This document shows, piece after piece, positions 50,575-59,612 of a stretch of 59,753 nt of DNA. Position numbers and translations under genes: made by a program. The notes under the pieces were generated by a model. That model made no database searches and had not been told where the DNA came from. It worked only from the letters and a program-made list of their open reading frames with translations. This DNA comes from an uncultured Desulfobacteraceae bacterium (GTDB taxonomy: Bacteria > Desulfobacterota > Desulfobacteria > Desulfobacterales > JAABSP01). Within the stretch, counting starts at the first letter, position 1. Each line of letters opens with the position of its first letter. The DNA is taken from contig CAZZBE010000001.1 in the NCBI GenBank assembly GCA_964652715.1, forward strand, positions 1 to 59,753, given 5' to 3'.

Positions 50575-51246
50575 ATGAACATTCTGTTTTTCGGTCCGAA
50601 CGGCAGCGGCAAAGGCACCCAGGGAGCGATCCTGAAGGACAAATACAACATTCCTCACATCGAATCCGGCGCCATTTTCCGGGACAACATTTCAAAAGGC
50701 ACCGAACTGGGCGCCAAGGCCAAGGAGTATATCGACCGCGGCGACCTGGTGCCCGACGAGATCACCATCCCCATGATCCTCGACCGGCTGAAGCAGGACG
50801 ACGCCAAAAACGGCTGGCTCCTGGACGGCTTTCCCCGAAACAAGAACCAGGCCATCAAGCTGGACGAAGCCCTGAACGCCGCGAACATGGCCCTGGACAT
50901 CGTGGTGGAGGTGATCCTCGACCGGGAAATCGCCAAGAAGCGGATCATGGGCCGACGGCTCTGCGTCAACGACAACAACCACCCCAACAACATCTACATC
51001 GACGCCATCAAGCCGGACGGGGATAAATGCCGGGTCTGCGGCGGGGACCTCAAAACCCGGGACGACGACCAGGACGAGGCCGCCATCGACAAGCGTCACT
51101 CCATCTATTACGACAGCGAGACCGGCACCCTGGCCGCCGCCTATTATTTCAAAGACAAGGCCAAAGACGGGTCCCTTAAATACATTGAGCTGGACGGCGC
51201 GCCCGGCGTCAAAGAGGTCGCGCAGCAACTGGTTTCCAAGCTGTAG
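50575..51246 (+). CDS. adk: Adenylate kinase (long LID form)
   Basis: Start trimmed to ATG 50575 (CAGGAGGAG RBS). P-loop FFGPNGSGKGTQ. Cys-containing LID (CVNDNNH...CRVCGG). Confidence 0.9.
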   Translation: MNILFFGPNGSGKGTQGAILKDKYNIPHIESGAIFRDNISKGTELGAKAKEYIDRGDLVPDEITIPMILDRLKQDDAKNGWLLDGFPRNKNQAIKLDEALNAANMALDIVVEVILDREIAKKRIMGRRLCVNDNNHPNNIYIDAIKPDGDKCRVCGGDLKTRDDDQDEAAIDKRHSIYYDSETGTLAAAYYFKDKAKDGSLKYIELDGAPGVKEVAQQLVSKL

Positions 51247-51272
51247 AACAGGTTTTACCCGGGCAACGCCGC

Positions 51273-51311
51273 AACGCCCGTTTTCTTCGGCGAAGGCGGG
51301 CGTTCGTTTTT
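51273..51311 (+). terminator. Rho-independent terminator after adk
   Basis: Stem aacgcccg (51273-51280) / cgggcgtt (51297-51304), with an inner cttcg-g-cgaag stem, followed by cgtttttc. Confidence 0.6.
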
Positions 51312-51350
51312 CAGGGACTTGGCCGTTTTTTGAAAAAGTCAAAATTTTCC

Positions 51351-51379
51351 TTGCCAAATCCTGATATTCGGTCTATATT
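51351..51379 (+). promoter_or_regulatory. Candidate sigma70 promoter of rpsU
   Basis: TTGCCA (51351-51356), 17 nt, TATATT (51374-51379). Confidence 0.5.
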
Positions 51380-51452
51380 GTTCTGATATCGAAATTGAGG
51401 AAAATAACCATGCGGGAGCGGGTCCCGCTGGGACGAAAGGGGCGAGGAGAGG

Positions 51453-51659
51453 TTGAAAAACATAGAGGTCAAAGTATTCGACAACGACCTTGAGAAGGCC
51501 ATGCGCATTCTGAAAAAGAAGATCCAGAACGACGGACTTTTCAAGCGGTTGAAACTCAAAAAGAGCTACGAAAAACCGAGCGAATACCGCCGTCGCAAAC
51601 AGCGGGAAGCCTTGCGCCGGCAGCGGATCGCCGCTGCCAGAAGCCGACGCTACCGCTAA
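51453..51659 (+). CDS. rpsU: 30S ribosomal protein S21
   Basis: 68 aa with a TTG start after GAGGAGAGG. Typical S21 sequence (VKVFDNDLEKAMRILKKKIQNDGLFKRLKLKKSYEKPSE) and a basic tail. Confidence 0.88.
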   Translation: MKNIEVKVFDNDLEKAMRILKKKIQNDGLFKRLKLKKSYEKPSEYRRRKQREALRRQRIAAARSRRYR

Positions 51660-51731
51660 CGCGCAACGAAAGAGAACACCGGCCCGGCACGATTCCATGC
51701 GTGTCGGGTTTTTTTGTGCAAGAGACGGGAT

Positions 51732-53027
51732 ATGAACACGCCGCGGGAATATGACGCCTGCCTGGATGCCATGTACGGCATGCGCCGATTCGGCATCAAG
51801 CTGGAGCTGGCCGCCATCCGGCGGATGCTCGGGGAGCTGGGCGACCCTCAGAAACGATTCCGGGCCATCCACGTGGCCGGCACCAACGGGAAGGGGTCCA
51901 TCGCCTCGGCGCTGGCCACGATTCTTCACCGGGCCGGATACCGGACCGGGCTGTTCACCTCCCCCCATCTGGTCCGGTTCAACGAGCGGATTCGGGTGGA
52001 CAACCGGGAAATCGACGACGACGCCGTGGTCCGGGCCTACAGAGCGGTCAAAGCGGTCGCCTCCGGCGAACGGGAGCCCACTTTTTTCGAATTCTCCACG
52101 GCCATGGCGTTTTATGAGTTCGCCCGACGGGGGGTCCAATGGGCCGTGGTGGAGACCGGCATGGGCGGTCGCATGGACGCCACCAATCTGTTGGAGCCGG
52201 CGGTGTCCATCATCTCCAACATCTCCATGGAACACCAGATGTACCTGGGGAACACCATCGCCCAAATCGCCGGGGAGAAGGCCGGGATCATCAAGCCGAA
52301 GACGCCGGTGGTGGCCGGCGCGCGGCAGAAGAGCGCCATCGGCGTGATCAAGGCGACCGCCCGGGAACGGTCGGCGCCGCTCCATCGCTACAAGACGGAT
52401 TTCCGGGTCCGTCGGGAAAAAAACGGCGCCTTCACCTACTACGGGCTGGACCACGTCTGGAAAGGGATGCGCAGCGGCCTGGCCGGCGGCTTCCAGACGG
52501 ACAACGCCGCCTTGACCCTGGCCGCATGCGAGGCCCTCATGCGGCGGGGCGTCCAATTGACCGTGGACGACATCCGGCGGGGGCTGATCACGAACCAGTG
52601 GCCGGGTCGGCTGGAGGTCGCATCGACCTCCCCCTACATCATCCTGGACGGCGCCCACAATTTCATGGCGGCCCGGAATCTGGGCCGGTTCCTGTCCGAA
52701 ACCCTCTCGGACCGGGACATCACCCTGGTGGCGGGCATTCTGGACGACAAGCCCTACAGGGCCATGCTCAAATCGATGCTGCCGGTCTGCAAGCGGGTCG
52801 TGCTGACCCAGGCCCGCACCGGCCGGGCCCTGCCGCCGGAAACCCTGGCGGAGGCGGCCGGCGAACGGGTCTCCGACATCACCCTGATCCCCGACGTGGC
52901 GGCGGCGGTGGATCATGCCGTCCGCGCGGCCGGCCCCCGGGACGCCGTCTGCATCGCCGGGTCCCTCTATGTGGTGGGGGAGGCGAGGGCGGCATTGGCG
53001 CAAGCCGGGTACATCAACGACCCCTGA
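51732..53027 (+). CDS. folC: Folylpolyglutamate synthase / dihydrofolate synthase
   Basis: ATG 51732 (MNTPREYDA) is preferred over the upstream GTG at 51714. Mur-ligase P-loop HVAGTNGKGS and the ILDGAHN block. Confidence 0.85.
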   Translation: MNTPREYDACLDAMYGMRRFGIKLELAAIRRMLGELGDPQKRFRAIHVAGTNGKGSIASALATILHRAGYRTGLFTSPHLVRFNERIRVDNREIDDDAVVRAYRAVKAVASGEREPTFFEFSTAMAFYEFARRGVQWAVVETGMGGRMDATNLLEPAVSIISNISMEHQMYLGNTIAQIAGEKAGIIKPKTPVVAGARQKSAIGVIKATARERSAPLHRYKTDFRVRREKNGAFTYYGLDHVWKGMRSGLAGGFQTDNAALTLAACEALMRRGVQLTVDDIRRGLITNQWPGRLEVASTSPYIILDGAHNFMAARNLGRFLSETLSDRDITLVAGILDDKPYRAMLKSMLPVCKRVVLTQARTGRALPPETLAEAAGERVSDITLIPDVAAAVDHAVRAAGPRDAVCIAGSLYVVGEARAALAQAGYINDP

Positions 53028-53043
53028 CCCATAACCCATAACC
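53027..53043. repeat. Second copy of the ACCCATAACCCATAACC heptamer element
   Basis: The 17-nt string is identical to 12121-12137. Both copies are followed within about 25 nt by cccctaaa. Confidence 0.9.
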
Positions 53044-53063
53044 TGTCCCCTAAAATTTGGGGC

Positions 53064-53092
53064 TTGACGAATTCGTTCCCCGCGTGTATAGA
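53064..53092 (+). promoter_or_regulatory. Candidate sigma70 promoter of tRNA-Arg
   Basis: TTGACG (53064-53069), 17 nt, TATAGA (53087-53092), about 30 nt upstream of the tRNA. Confidence 0.5.
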
Positions 53093-53121
53093 GAAAAGAG
53101 TTTCTGCGAATCCTTGAGTGT

Positions 53122-53197
53122 GCGCCCGTAGCTCAGAGGATAGAGCGTCAGCCTCCGGAGCTGAAAGCCGCTGGTTCGATCCCAGCCGGGCGTACCA
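53122..53197 (+). tRNA. tRNA-Arg (anticodon CCG), CCA encoded
   Basis: GCGCCCGTAGCTCAGAGGATAGAGCGTCAGCCTCCGGAGCTGAAAGCCGCTGGTTCGATCCCAGCCGGGCGTACCA has the anticodon arm TCAGC-CTCCGGA-GCTGA. The first acceptor pair is G1-U72. Confidence 0.9.
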
Positions 53198-53314
53198 TTC
53201 CCCTCCCTCAAGCGATCCCCGATGCCCCCATTTCCGAATCCGATCCGTCCGCATCCGTTCCCATGGCCAAGGCCCCTTGCATCTTCACCGCGGATGCTTA
53301 TACTTCAAGCCATT

Positions 53315-55090
53315 ATGACGCCACACAACGAAAAAATACCCAGCCCTAAAGAGCTGGAAAAGGAAATCGGAGAGTTTCTGGCGAAAAAATTCGGCGGAGA
53401 GGTGAAGATCGTCTCGCCGTCGAAACTGCCCAGGGCCCTGTCCGAAGAGGACGGCGCCGAGGAGTCCGCCAGAAAAAAGCACCGGATCGATTTCGATCTC
53501 AAACCCGAAGAACTGGTCGATTACCTCGACCAGTACATCGTCAAACAGGACGACGCCAAGGCCGTCCTGGCCACCAAGATCTGCACCCATTTCAACCGCA
53601 TCAAAAGGGCCCAGGAGCGCCCCGTCGAAGGGGGCGACTTAGTGGGCCGAATCAAGAACAACGTGCTGATGATCGGCCCCACCGGGGTCGGCAAGACTTA
53701 CATGATCCGGCTCATAGCCAAAAAACTGGGGGTCCCCTTCGTGAAGGGAGACGCCACCAAGTTCAGCGAAACCGGGTATGTGGGCGGCGACGTGGAGGAT
53801 CTCATCCGGGATCTCGTCCGGGAGGCCGACGGCGACATCGCCCTGGCGGAAAACGGCATCGTCTACATCGACGAGATCGACAAGATCGCGTCGAGTCAGA
53901 ATGTCGTCGGCGCCGACGTGTCGCGGACCGGGGTTCAGCGGGCCCTGCTCAAGCCCATGGAGGAGACCGAGGTCGAAATGAAGACGCCCCACGACCCCAT
54001 CTCCATGATGCAGGAGATCGAAAAGTTCCGCCGGACCGGACAGCGGGAGCAGCGCACGGTCAATACCCGGAACATCCTCTTTATCATGAGCGGGGCCTTC
54101 GGCGAACTGGCGGAGATCATCACCAAGCGGATGACCCAGCAGCCCATCGGGTTCGGGGCCCAGATCCGGACCGATAAGGATGCGGCCCGGATCCTGAGCC
54201 ATGTCCGGTCCGAGGATTTGACCCGCTTCGGGTTCGAAGCGGAGTTCATCGGGCGGCTGCCGGTTGTCTCCGTGTTCGAGAACCTGACGGAACCCGATCT
54301 CTTGGAGATCCTCAAAAACCCCAACAACCCGGTGATCCTGAGCAAAAAGCTCGATTTCGCCGCCTACGGCATCGATATCAAGTTCTCGGACGCCGTGCTC
54401 AAGCGGCTGGCCGCCGCGGCCTTGACCGAAGGGACCGGGGCCCGGGGTCTGGTCAGCGCCATCGAACGGGCCCTGCTGACCTTCGAGAAAGGACTGCCGT
54501 CCACGCCCATCCGAACCTTCGCTGTCACGGATGCGGTTCTCGCCGCGCCAAAGGCGGCGTTTCGGCGAATGGTCGAGGCGGAGACCGAAGCGGACATGGC
54601 GGCGGATTTCCAGCGGCTGTACGATGAAGAGAAGGCTGTCATCAAGGCCTATGTGACGGACCGCAAGCAGAAGCTCTCCATCAAATACGGCATCACCCTG
54701 ACGCCGCCCCACATCGACGCCATCGCCGACTATTACTGCCGCCACATCACCAACGTGGAGACAGTGGTCGAGAAGGTCAAACGGTTCTCCGACGAGATCA
54801 AAAAGATGGAACTCTATTTTTTCCAGAACCACGACATCAACATCGTTCTGGAAGACGACGCCATCCATTATTATATTCAGCAGTACATGGACGAAGAGAC
54901 CGACTTCGAGGAGATTTACCGGCGGTTCCGCGCCCGGTTCGAATACGGGCTGAAGCTGGTCCGGGAACGGATCGGCCGAAACCGGTTCTTCATCACAAAG
55001 GACGCCCTGGTCGACCCCGAAGCCTATATCGGCAACCTGCTCAAGGATGCGGACGATATCTCAGTGAACCCTCCCAATCCACAGGCCTGA
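53315..55090 (+). CDS. ClpX-like AAA+ unfoldase paralogue lacking the N-terminal zinc-binding domain, with a C-terminal extension of roughly 190 aa
   Basis: Walker A MIGPTGVGKTYM, Walker B VYIDEIDKI, pore-1 loop TGYVGGD, IGF-type loop QQPIGFGAQ and sensor-II GARGLVSAIE. There is no CxxC zinc finger at the N-terminus. The start is uncertain (ATG 53315, 53294 or 53222). Confidence 0.75.
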   Translation: MTPHNEKIPSPKELEKEIGEFLAKKFGGEVKIVSPSKLPRALSEEDGAEESARKKHRIDFDLKPEELVDYLDQYIVKQDDAKAVLATKICTHFNRIKRAQERPVEGGDLVGRIKNNVLMIGPTGVGKTYMIRLIAKKLGVPFVKGDATKFSETGYVGGDVEDLIRDLVREADGDIALAENGIVYIDEIDKIASSQNVVGADVSRTGVQRALLKPMEETEVEMKTPHDPISMMQEIEKFRRTGQREQRTVNTRNILFIMSGAFGELAEIITKRMTQQPIGFGAQIRTDKDAARILSHVRSEDLTRFGFEAEFIGRLPVVSVFENLTEPDLLEILKNPNNPVILSKKLDFAAYGIDIKFSDAVLKRLAAAALTEGTGARGLVSAIERALLTFEKGLPSTPIRTFAVTDAVLAAPKAAFRRMVEAETEADMAADFQRLYDEEKAVIKAYVTDRKQKLSIKYGITLTPPHIDAIADYYCRHITNVETVVEKVKRFSDEIKKMELYFFQNHDINIVLEDDAIHYYIQQYMDEETDFEEIYRRFRARFEYGLKLVRERIGRNRFFITKDALVDPEAYIGNLLKDADDISVNPPNPQA

Positions 55091-55091
55091 C

Positions 55092-56270
55092 ATGATCGGC
55101 ATATCGAAACTCTACTGCAAAACCGTGGAGCCGTCCGACGCCCTGCGGTACGGGCGCCATTCCGGACAGCTCCCTTCCCATTTGCTCCAGTTTTCCCAGG
55201 ACAAAAAACCGGTGGTGGTCTGGAACATGACCCGCCGGTGCAACCTGAAATGCGTTCACTGTTACGCCCAGGCCAGAGACGAGGCCTTCAAGAACGAAAT
55301 GTCCACCGACGAAGGCAAGGCGCTCATCGACGATCTGGCCGGATTCGGCGTGCCGGTCCTGCTTTTCTCCGGGGGCGAACCCCTGGTGCGCAAAGACCTG
55401 GCCGAGCTGGCGGGATATGCCGTGGAAAAGGGGATGCGGGCGGTGATCTCCACCAACGGCACCCTCATCACGCCGGAAAAGGCCCGGATTCTCAAGGAAA
55501 TCGGCTTGTCCTACGTGGGGGTGAGCCTGGACGGCATGGAGGCGATCCACGACCGGTTCCGGGGCGTCAAGGGGGCCTTCAAATCCGCCATGACCGGCAT
55601 CGAAAACTGCCAGGCGGCCGGAATCAAAGTGGGGCTCCGGTTCACCATCAACAAATTCAACGTCTCGGAGATCCCGGCGGTCTTCGATATTCTGGAATCC
55701 CGGGAGATCCCGCGCATCTGTTTCTACCACCTGGTCTATGCGGGCCGGGGGTCGGAACTGGTCAAGGACGACCTCACCCACGAGGAGACCCGGACCGCCG
55801 TGGACCTGATCATGGACCGGACCAGGGACCTCCACGACCGGGGCCTCCAGAAAGAGGTGCTCACCGTGGACAACCACGCCGACGGCCCCTACGTCTATCT
55901 CCGCCTTCAGAAGGAAGATCCGGATCGGGCCGCCGAGGTGCTGGAACTCCTGGAGATGAACGAGGGGAACAACTCGGGCCGGGGCATCGGCTGCGTAAGC
56001 TGGGACGGCGAGGTCCACGCCGATCAGTTCTGGCGCCACCACAGCTTCGGCAACGTCCGGAACCGGCCCTTTTCAGAGATCTGGACCGACCGGTCCGATC
56101 CTTTGCTGTCCAAACTCAAGGACAAAAAGCAGCACGTCAAAGGCCGCTGCGCCGGATGCCGGTGGCTCGACATCTGCGGCGGCAACTTCCGGGTGCGGGC
56201 CGAAGCCCTGTACGACGACGTCTGGGCCCCGGACCCGGCCTGCTACCTGACCGACGCGGAGATTGCGTGA
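55092..56270 (+). CDS. ahbC: Radical-SAM enzyme of the siroheme-dependent heme pathway (AhbC/NirJ-like, Fe-coproporphyrin synthase)
   Basis: 392 aa. CNLKCVHCY radical-SAM cluster and C-terminal SPASM-like CAGCRWLDICGG. The ahbC-hemB-ahbD order is as I recall it from Desulfovibrio. Confidence 0.7.
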   Translation: MIGISKLYCKTVEPSDALRYGRHSGQLPSHLLQFSQDKKPVVVWNMTRRCNLKCVHCYAQARDEAFKNEMSTDEGKALIDDLAGFGVPVLLFSGGEPLVRKDLAELAGYAVEKGMRAVISTNGTLITPEKARILKEIGLSYVGVSLDGMEAIHDRFRGVKGAFKSAMTGIENCQAAGIKVGLRFTINKFNVSEIPAVFDILESREIPRICFYHLVYAGRGSELVKDDLTHEETRTAVDLIMDRTRDLHDRGLQKEVLTVDNHADGPYVYLRLQKEDPDRAAEVLELLEMNEGNNSGRGIGCVSWDGEVHADQFWRHHSFGNVRNRPFSEIWTDRSDPLLSKLKDKKQHVKGRCAGCRWLDICGGNFRVRAEALYDDVWAPDPACYLTDAEIA

Positions 56271-56303
56271 TGTATGAAAGATTTGGCGAACAGGTAAAAC
56301 AAA

Positions 56304-56633
56304 ATGCGGATTGAAGATTATTTTGACTTCCACGCAGATAACGACATCCGGCTGAAAGACCACCGTATCGGTATTGAATCCGTACTCTATGAGTATATTC
56401 ACCGCGCGCAGACCCCGGAAGAGATCGCCGCGCGTTTTCCGACGCTGAGTCTGGAGCATGTTTACGCTGTCATTTTGTATTACCTGCGCAACAGAGAAAT
56501 GATTCATGACTATATGACGCAATGGATTGAACATGAAGATCGCAAATATGAGGAACAGATGAAAAATCCGACGCCGGAAATGATCCGACTGCGAAAAATA
56601 AAAGCCGAACGCGAGGTCAGGGAAAGCGTCTGA
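56304..56633 (+). CDS. DUF433-family protein (antitoxin-like)
   Basis: 109 aa. The DUF433 pattern IRLKDHRIGIESVLYEYIHRAQTPEEIAARFPTLSLEHVYAVILYYLRN is present. The DNA is lower in GC (27/60 in 56341-56400 by hand count). Confidence 0.7.
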   Translation: MRIEDYFDFHADNDIRLKDHRIGIESVLYEYIHRAQTPEEIAARFPTLSLEHVYAVILYYLRNREMIHDYMTQWIEHEDRKYEEQMKNPTPEMIRLRKIKAEREVRESV

Positions 56634-56645
56634 ACGCGGGGCGGA

Positions 56646-57014
56646 ATGAACGGGCGCAGATATTTGCTTGATGAAAATGTCGATCCTCGTCTGAAAAGAG
56701 CGCTGCTCCGTCATTCACCGGGCATGACGGTTTGGTGCGTCGGTGATTCAGGAACGCCGCCTCTTGAAACCAAAGATCCTGAAATTCTCTCTTGGTGCGA
56801 GAAAAAAGCGTTTACACTTGTGACGAACAACAGGGCGTCAATGCCTGTTCACCTGCGGGAACATCTTGAGGCGGGGAGACATGTTCCGGGAATATTCATA
56901 CTGAAACGCGGCATGACAATGAGAGAAATCGTTAATGATCTCAATTTGATATGGGAGGTCGCCGAATCTTCTGAATATGCTGACCAGATAAAATACCTGC
57001 CCATAACATTTTGA
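56646..57014 (+). CDS. DUF5615-family (PIN/Mut7-C-like) protein (toxin-like)
   Basis: 122 aa. [15 protein letters not shown]...[20 protein letters not shown] matches the DUF5615 layout (llDENv...l...l.....D.eil..a...g..lvT.D). It starts 12 nt after DUF433. Confidence 0.65.
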   Translation: MNGRRYLLDENVDPRLKRALLRHSPGMTVWCVGDSGTPPLETKDPEILSWCEKKAFTLVTNNRASMPVHLREHLEAGRHVPGIFILKRGMTMREIVNDLNLIWEVAESSEYADQIKYLPITF

Positions 57015-57039
57015 ATATGGCCTGAAAAGGAGATCCCTC

Positions 57040-58017
57040 ATGCTGTTCCCCGACTACCGCCCCCGCCGGATGCGCCAGAGCGACGCGTTTCGCCGGATGG
57101 TCCGCGAAACCGTCCTGACCCCCGACGACCTGATTCTGCCCCTCTTCGCCATCGGCGGCAAGAATGTGAAAAACCCCATCGCCTCCATGCCCGGCCATTT
57201 CCAGCTCTCCATCGATCACCTGACGAAGACGGCCAAGGCGGTCCATGAAGCGGGGGTCCCGGCGATTATGCTGTTCGGCATTCCCGACAAGAAAGATCCC
57301 CTGGCCACCGCCGCCTACGCCAAGGACGGCATCGTCCAGAAGGCGGTCCGGGAGATCAAAAACCGGGTTCCGGATCTGGCGGTCATCTCCGATGTCTGCC
57401 TCTGCCAGTACACGGACCACGGCCACTGCGGGGTGGTGGAAAAAGGGATCATCGACAACGACGCCTCCCTGGACCTGCTGGCCCGGACCGCCCTGTCCCA
57501 CGCCAAGGCCGGGGCCGACATGGTGGCCCCTTCGGACATGATGGACGGCCGGGTGGCCGAGATCCGGAACGTCCTGGATGAAAACGATCTGTCGTCGGTT
57601 CCCATCATGTCCTATGCGGCTAAATACTGCTCGGCCTTTTACGGGCCGTTCCGCCAGGCGGCCCATTCCGCGCCCCGGTTCGGGGACCGCCGCACCTACC
57701 AGATGGACCCGGCCAACGGCCAGGAGGCGATCCGGGAAGCCACCATGGACGCCGAGGAAGGGGCCGACATCCTCATGGTCAAACCGGCGCTGCCCTACCT
57801 GGACATCATCTACCGGATCCGCCAGGAACTGGACCTGCCGGTGGCCGCCTACCACGTGAGCGGCGAATACGCCATGATCAAGGCCGCCGAGGAGAAGGGC
57901 TGGGTGGACGGACCGCGGATCATGCTGGAGTCCCTGACCGCCATCAAACGGGCCGGGGCCGACACCATCCTCACCTACTTCGCCCTGGATGCGGCCAGGG
58001 CCCTCCGGGAAGGGTAG
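57040..58017 (+). CDS. hemB: Porphobilinogen synthase (ALA dehydratase), Zn-type
   Basis: 325 aa. Cys-rich Zn site [12 protein letters not shown], active-site Lys in [10 protein letters not shown], and SGEYAM. Confidence 0.92.
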   Translation: MLFPDYRPRRMRQSDAFRRMVRETVLTPDDLILPLFAIGGKNVKNPIASMPGHFQLSIDHLTKTAKAVHEAGVPAIMLFGIPDKKDPLATAAYAKDGIVQKAVREIKNRVPDLAVISDVCLCQYTDHGHCGVVEKGIIDNDASLDLLARTALSHAKAGADMVAPSDMMDGRVAEIRNVLDENDLSSVPIMSYAAKYCSAFYGPFRQAAHSAPRFGDRRTYQMDPANGQEAIREATMDAEEGADILMVKPALPYLDIIYRIRQELDLPVAAYHVSGEYAMIKAAEEKGWVDGPRIMLESLTAIKRAGADTILTYFALDAARALREG

Positions 58018-58027
58018 GGGCGACATC

Positions 58028-59122
58028 ATGAAGCCATCCCCCGCCGCCCATCCCCAAGCCGGCCACGGCCACGGCAAATCCAACGGGCCCCGGCTGGTGG
58101 CCTGGGAGATCACCCGAAACTGCAACCTCTCCTGCGTCCACTGCCGGGCCGCGGCCACCCACGGCCCCTACAGCGGCGAACTGGACACCGACGCCTGCTT
58201 CGGTTTGCTGGACAGCATCGCCGACACCGGAAGCCCCATCGTCATCCTCACCGGCGGCGAGCCGTTGCTCCGGCCCGACATCTTCGAGGTGGCCCGGTAC
58301 GGGACCGACAAGGGCCTCCGGATGGTCATGGCGCCCAACGGCACCCTCATCACCCCGGAGACGGCACGGAAAATGGCCGACGCCGGGATCCAGCGCATCA
58401 GCGTCAGCCTGGACGGCGCCACCCGGGAGCGCCACGACGCATTCCGGGGGGTGGACGGGGCCTTCGACGGGGCCCTTAACGGGGTTCGCAACGCCCGGGA
58501 GGCCGGGGTCGAATTCCAGATCAACACCACCATCACCAAGGCCAATCTGGCGGAAATCCCCAAAATCCAGGAACTGGCGGTGGAACTGGGGGCCGTGGCC
58601 CACCACATCTTTCTGCTGGTGCCCACCGGCCGGGGCAAGTATCTCCTGGACGCCGAGATCGACGCCCGGGAATACGAAGAGACCCTCAACTGGTTTTACG
58701 ATCAACGGGAATACGCGCCGCTTCAGCTCAAGGCCACCTGCGCGCCCCACTACTACCGGATTTTGCGTCAGCGCGCCCGGGAAGAGGGGAAAAGCGTCAC
58801 CTTCGAGTCCCACGGCCTCGACGCCGTCACCCGGGGATGCCTCGGGGGCACGGGGTTTTGCTTTATTTCCCACCGGGGCCGGGTCCAGCCCTGCGGATTT
58901 CTCGACCTGGACTGCGGCAACGTGACCGAACGTCCGTTCGCCGACATCTGGCGCGGTTCGGAGGTCTTCCTGGCCCTGCGGGATTACGACAACCTCAAGG
59001 GGAAGTGCGGGGCCTGCGAGTACAAGCGGGTCTGCGGCGGCTGCCGGGCCCGGGCCTACGAGGCCACCGGCGATTATCTGGCCGAAGAACCGCTGTGCAG
59101 CTATCAGCCGGTTCGCAAATGA
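58028..59122 (+). CDS. ahbD: Radical-SAM heme synthase (AhbD-like)
   Basis: Start trimmed to ATG 58028, after the hemB stop. RLVAWEITRNCNLSCVHCR radical-SAM cluster and SPASM-type CGACEYKRVCGGCRARA. Confidence 0.72.
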   Translation: MKPSPAAHPQAGHGHGKSNGPRLVAWEITRNCNLSCVHCRAAATHGPYSGELDTDACFGLLDSIADTGSPIVILTGGEPLLRPDIFEVARYGTDKGLRMVMAPNGTLITPETARKMADAGIQRISVSLDGATRERHDAFRGVDGAFDGALNGVRNAREAGVEFQINTTITKANLAEIPKIQELAVELGAVAHHIFLLVPTGRGKYLLDAEIDAREYEETLNWFYDQREYAPLQLKATCAPHYYRILRQRAREEGKSVTFESHGLDAVTRGCLGGTGFCFISHRGRVQPCGFLDLDCGNVTERPFADIWRGSEVFLALRDYDNLKGKCGACEYKRVCGGCRARAYEATGDYLAEEPLCSYQPVRK

Positions 59123-59148
59123 CGGGTGAGAAAGGGGAGGAGTGATCG

Positions 59149-59258
59149 ATGAAAAAGGTGGTGTGCCACGGCGACAGCCTCACCGAAGGATCGGATCTGG
59201 ACCGGCAGGGGCCGCGGACGGGTTCCGGGCCGATTTTCTTTTCACGACCCCCTGAACA
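59149..59258 (+). pseudogene. Possible truncated remnant of an SGNH/GDSL hydrolase gene
   Basis: Strong RBS (GGGAGGAG) and an N-terminus MKKVVCHGDSLTEG, which is SGNH block I. The frame then turns into low-complexity sequence and runs antisense into the convergent 59259-59612 gene. There is no room for the usual protein of roughly 200 aa. Confidence 0.35.
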
Positions 59259-59612
59259 TTATTTCGTCAGTTCCGCCAGCCGTTTTTTGGCCAAATCCTT
59301 CACTTCCTGGGGCTCGTCGTCGTCCAGGACGATCTTCTCCAGCAGCATGGGATCCTTCAGCTTTTCCACCGCCTCCAGCCGCACCTCCAGGATGGTTTTC
59401 CCCTGCCGCTTGAGTTCCCCCCGCCGGGCCATGACCATGAAATAGAGACCCGCCAGGACAAAAACGGCCGCCAGCCCCATCAAATAAAACTTCCCCGGCG
59501 CCTCGGTTCTGAGAATCGGCGTCTCCACCACCGTCAGGAAGAGGAAAAACCCTCCCACCAGCGCGACGAAGCAGGAGACCAGAAACGGGAACACTTGTTT
59601 AGCGATGGCCAT
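59259..59612 (-). CDS. Small membrane protein, unknown function
   Basis: ATG 59612 with GAGG 9 nt upstream. Two hydrophobic helices, then a charged helical tail (..LLEKIVLDDDEPQEVKDLAKKRLAELTK). Confidence 0.55.
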   Translation of the reverse strand: MAIAKQVFPFLVSCFVALVGGFFLFLTVVETPILRTEAPGKFYLMGLAAVFVLAGLYFMVMARRGELKRQGKTILEVRLEAVEKLKDPMLLEKIVLDDDEPQEVKDLAKKRLAELTK

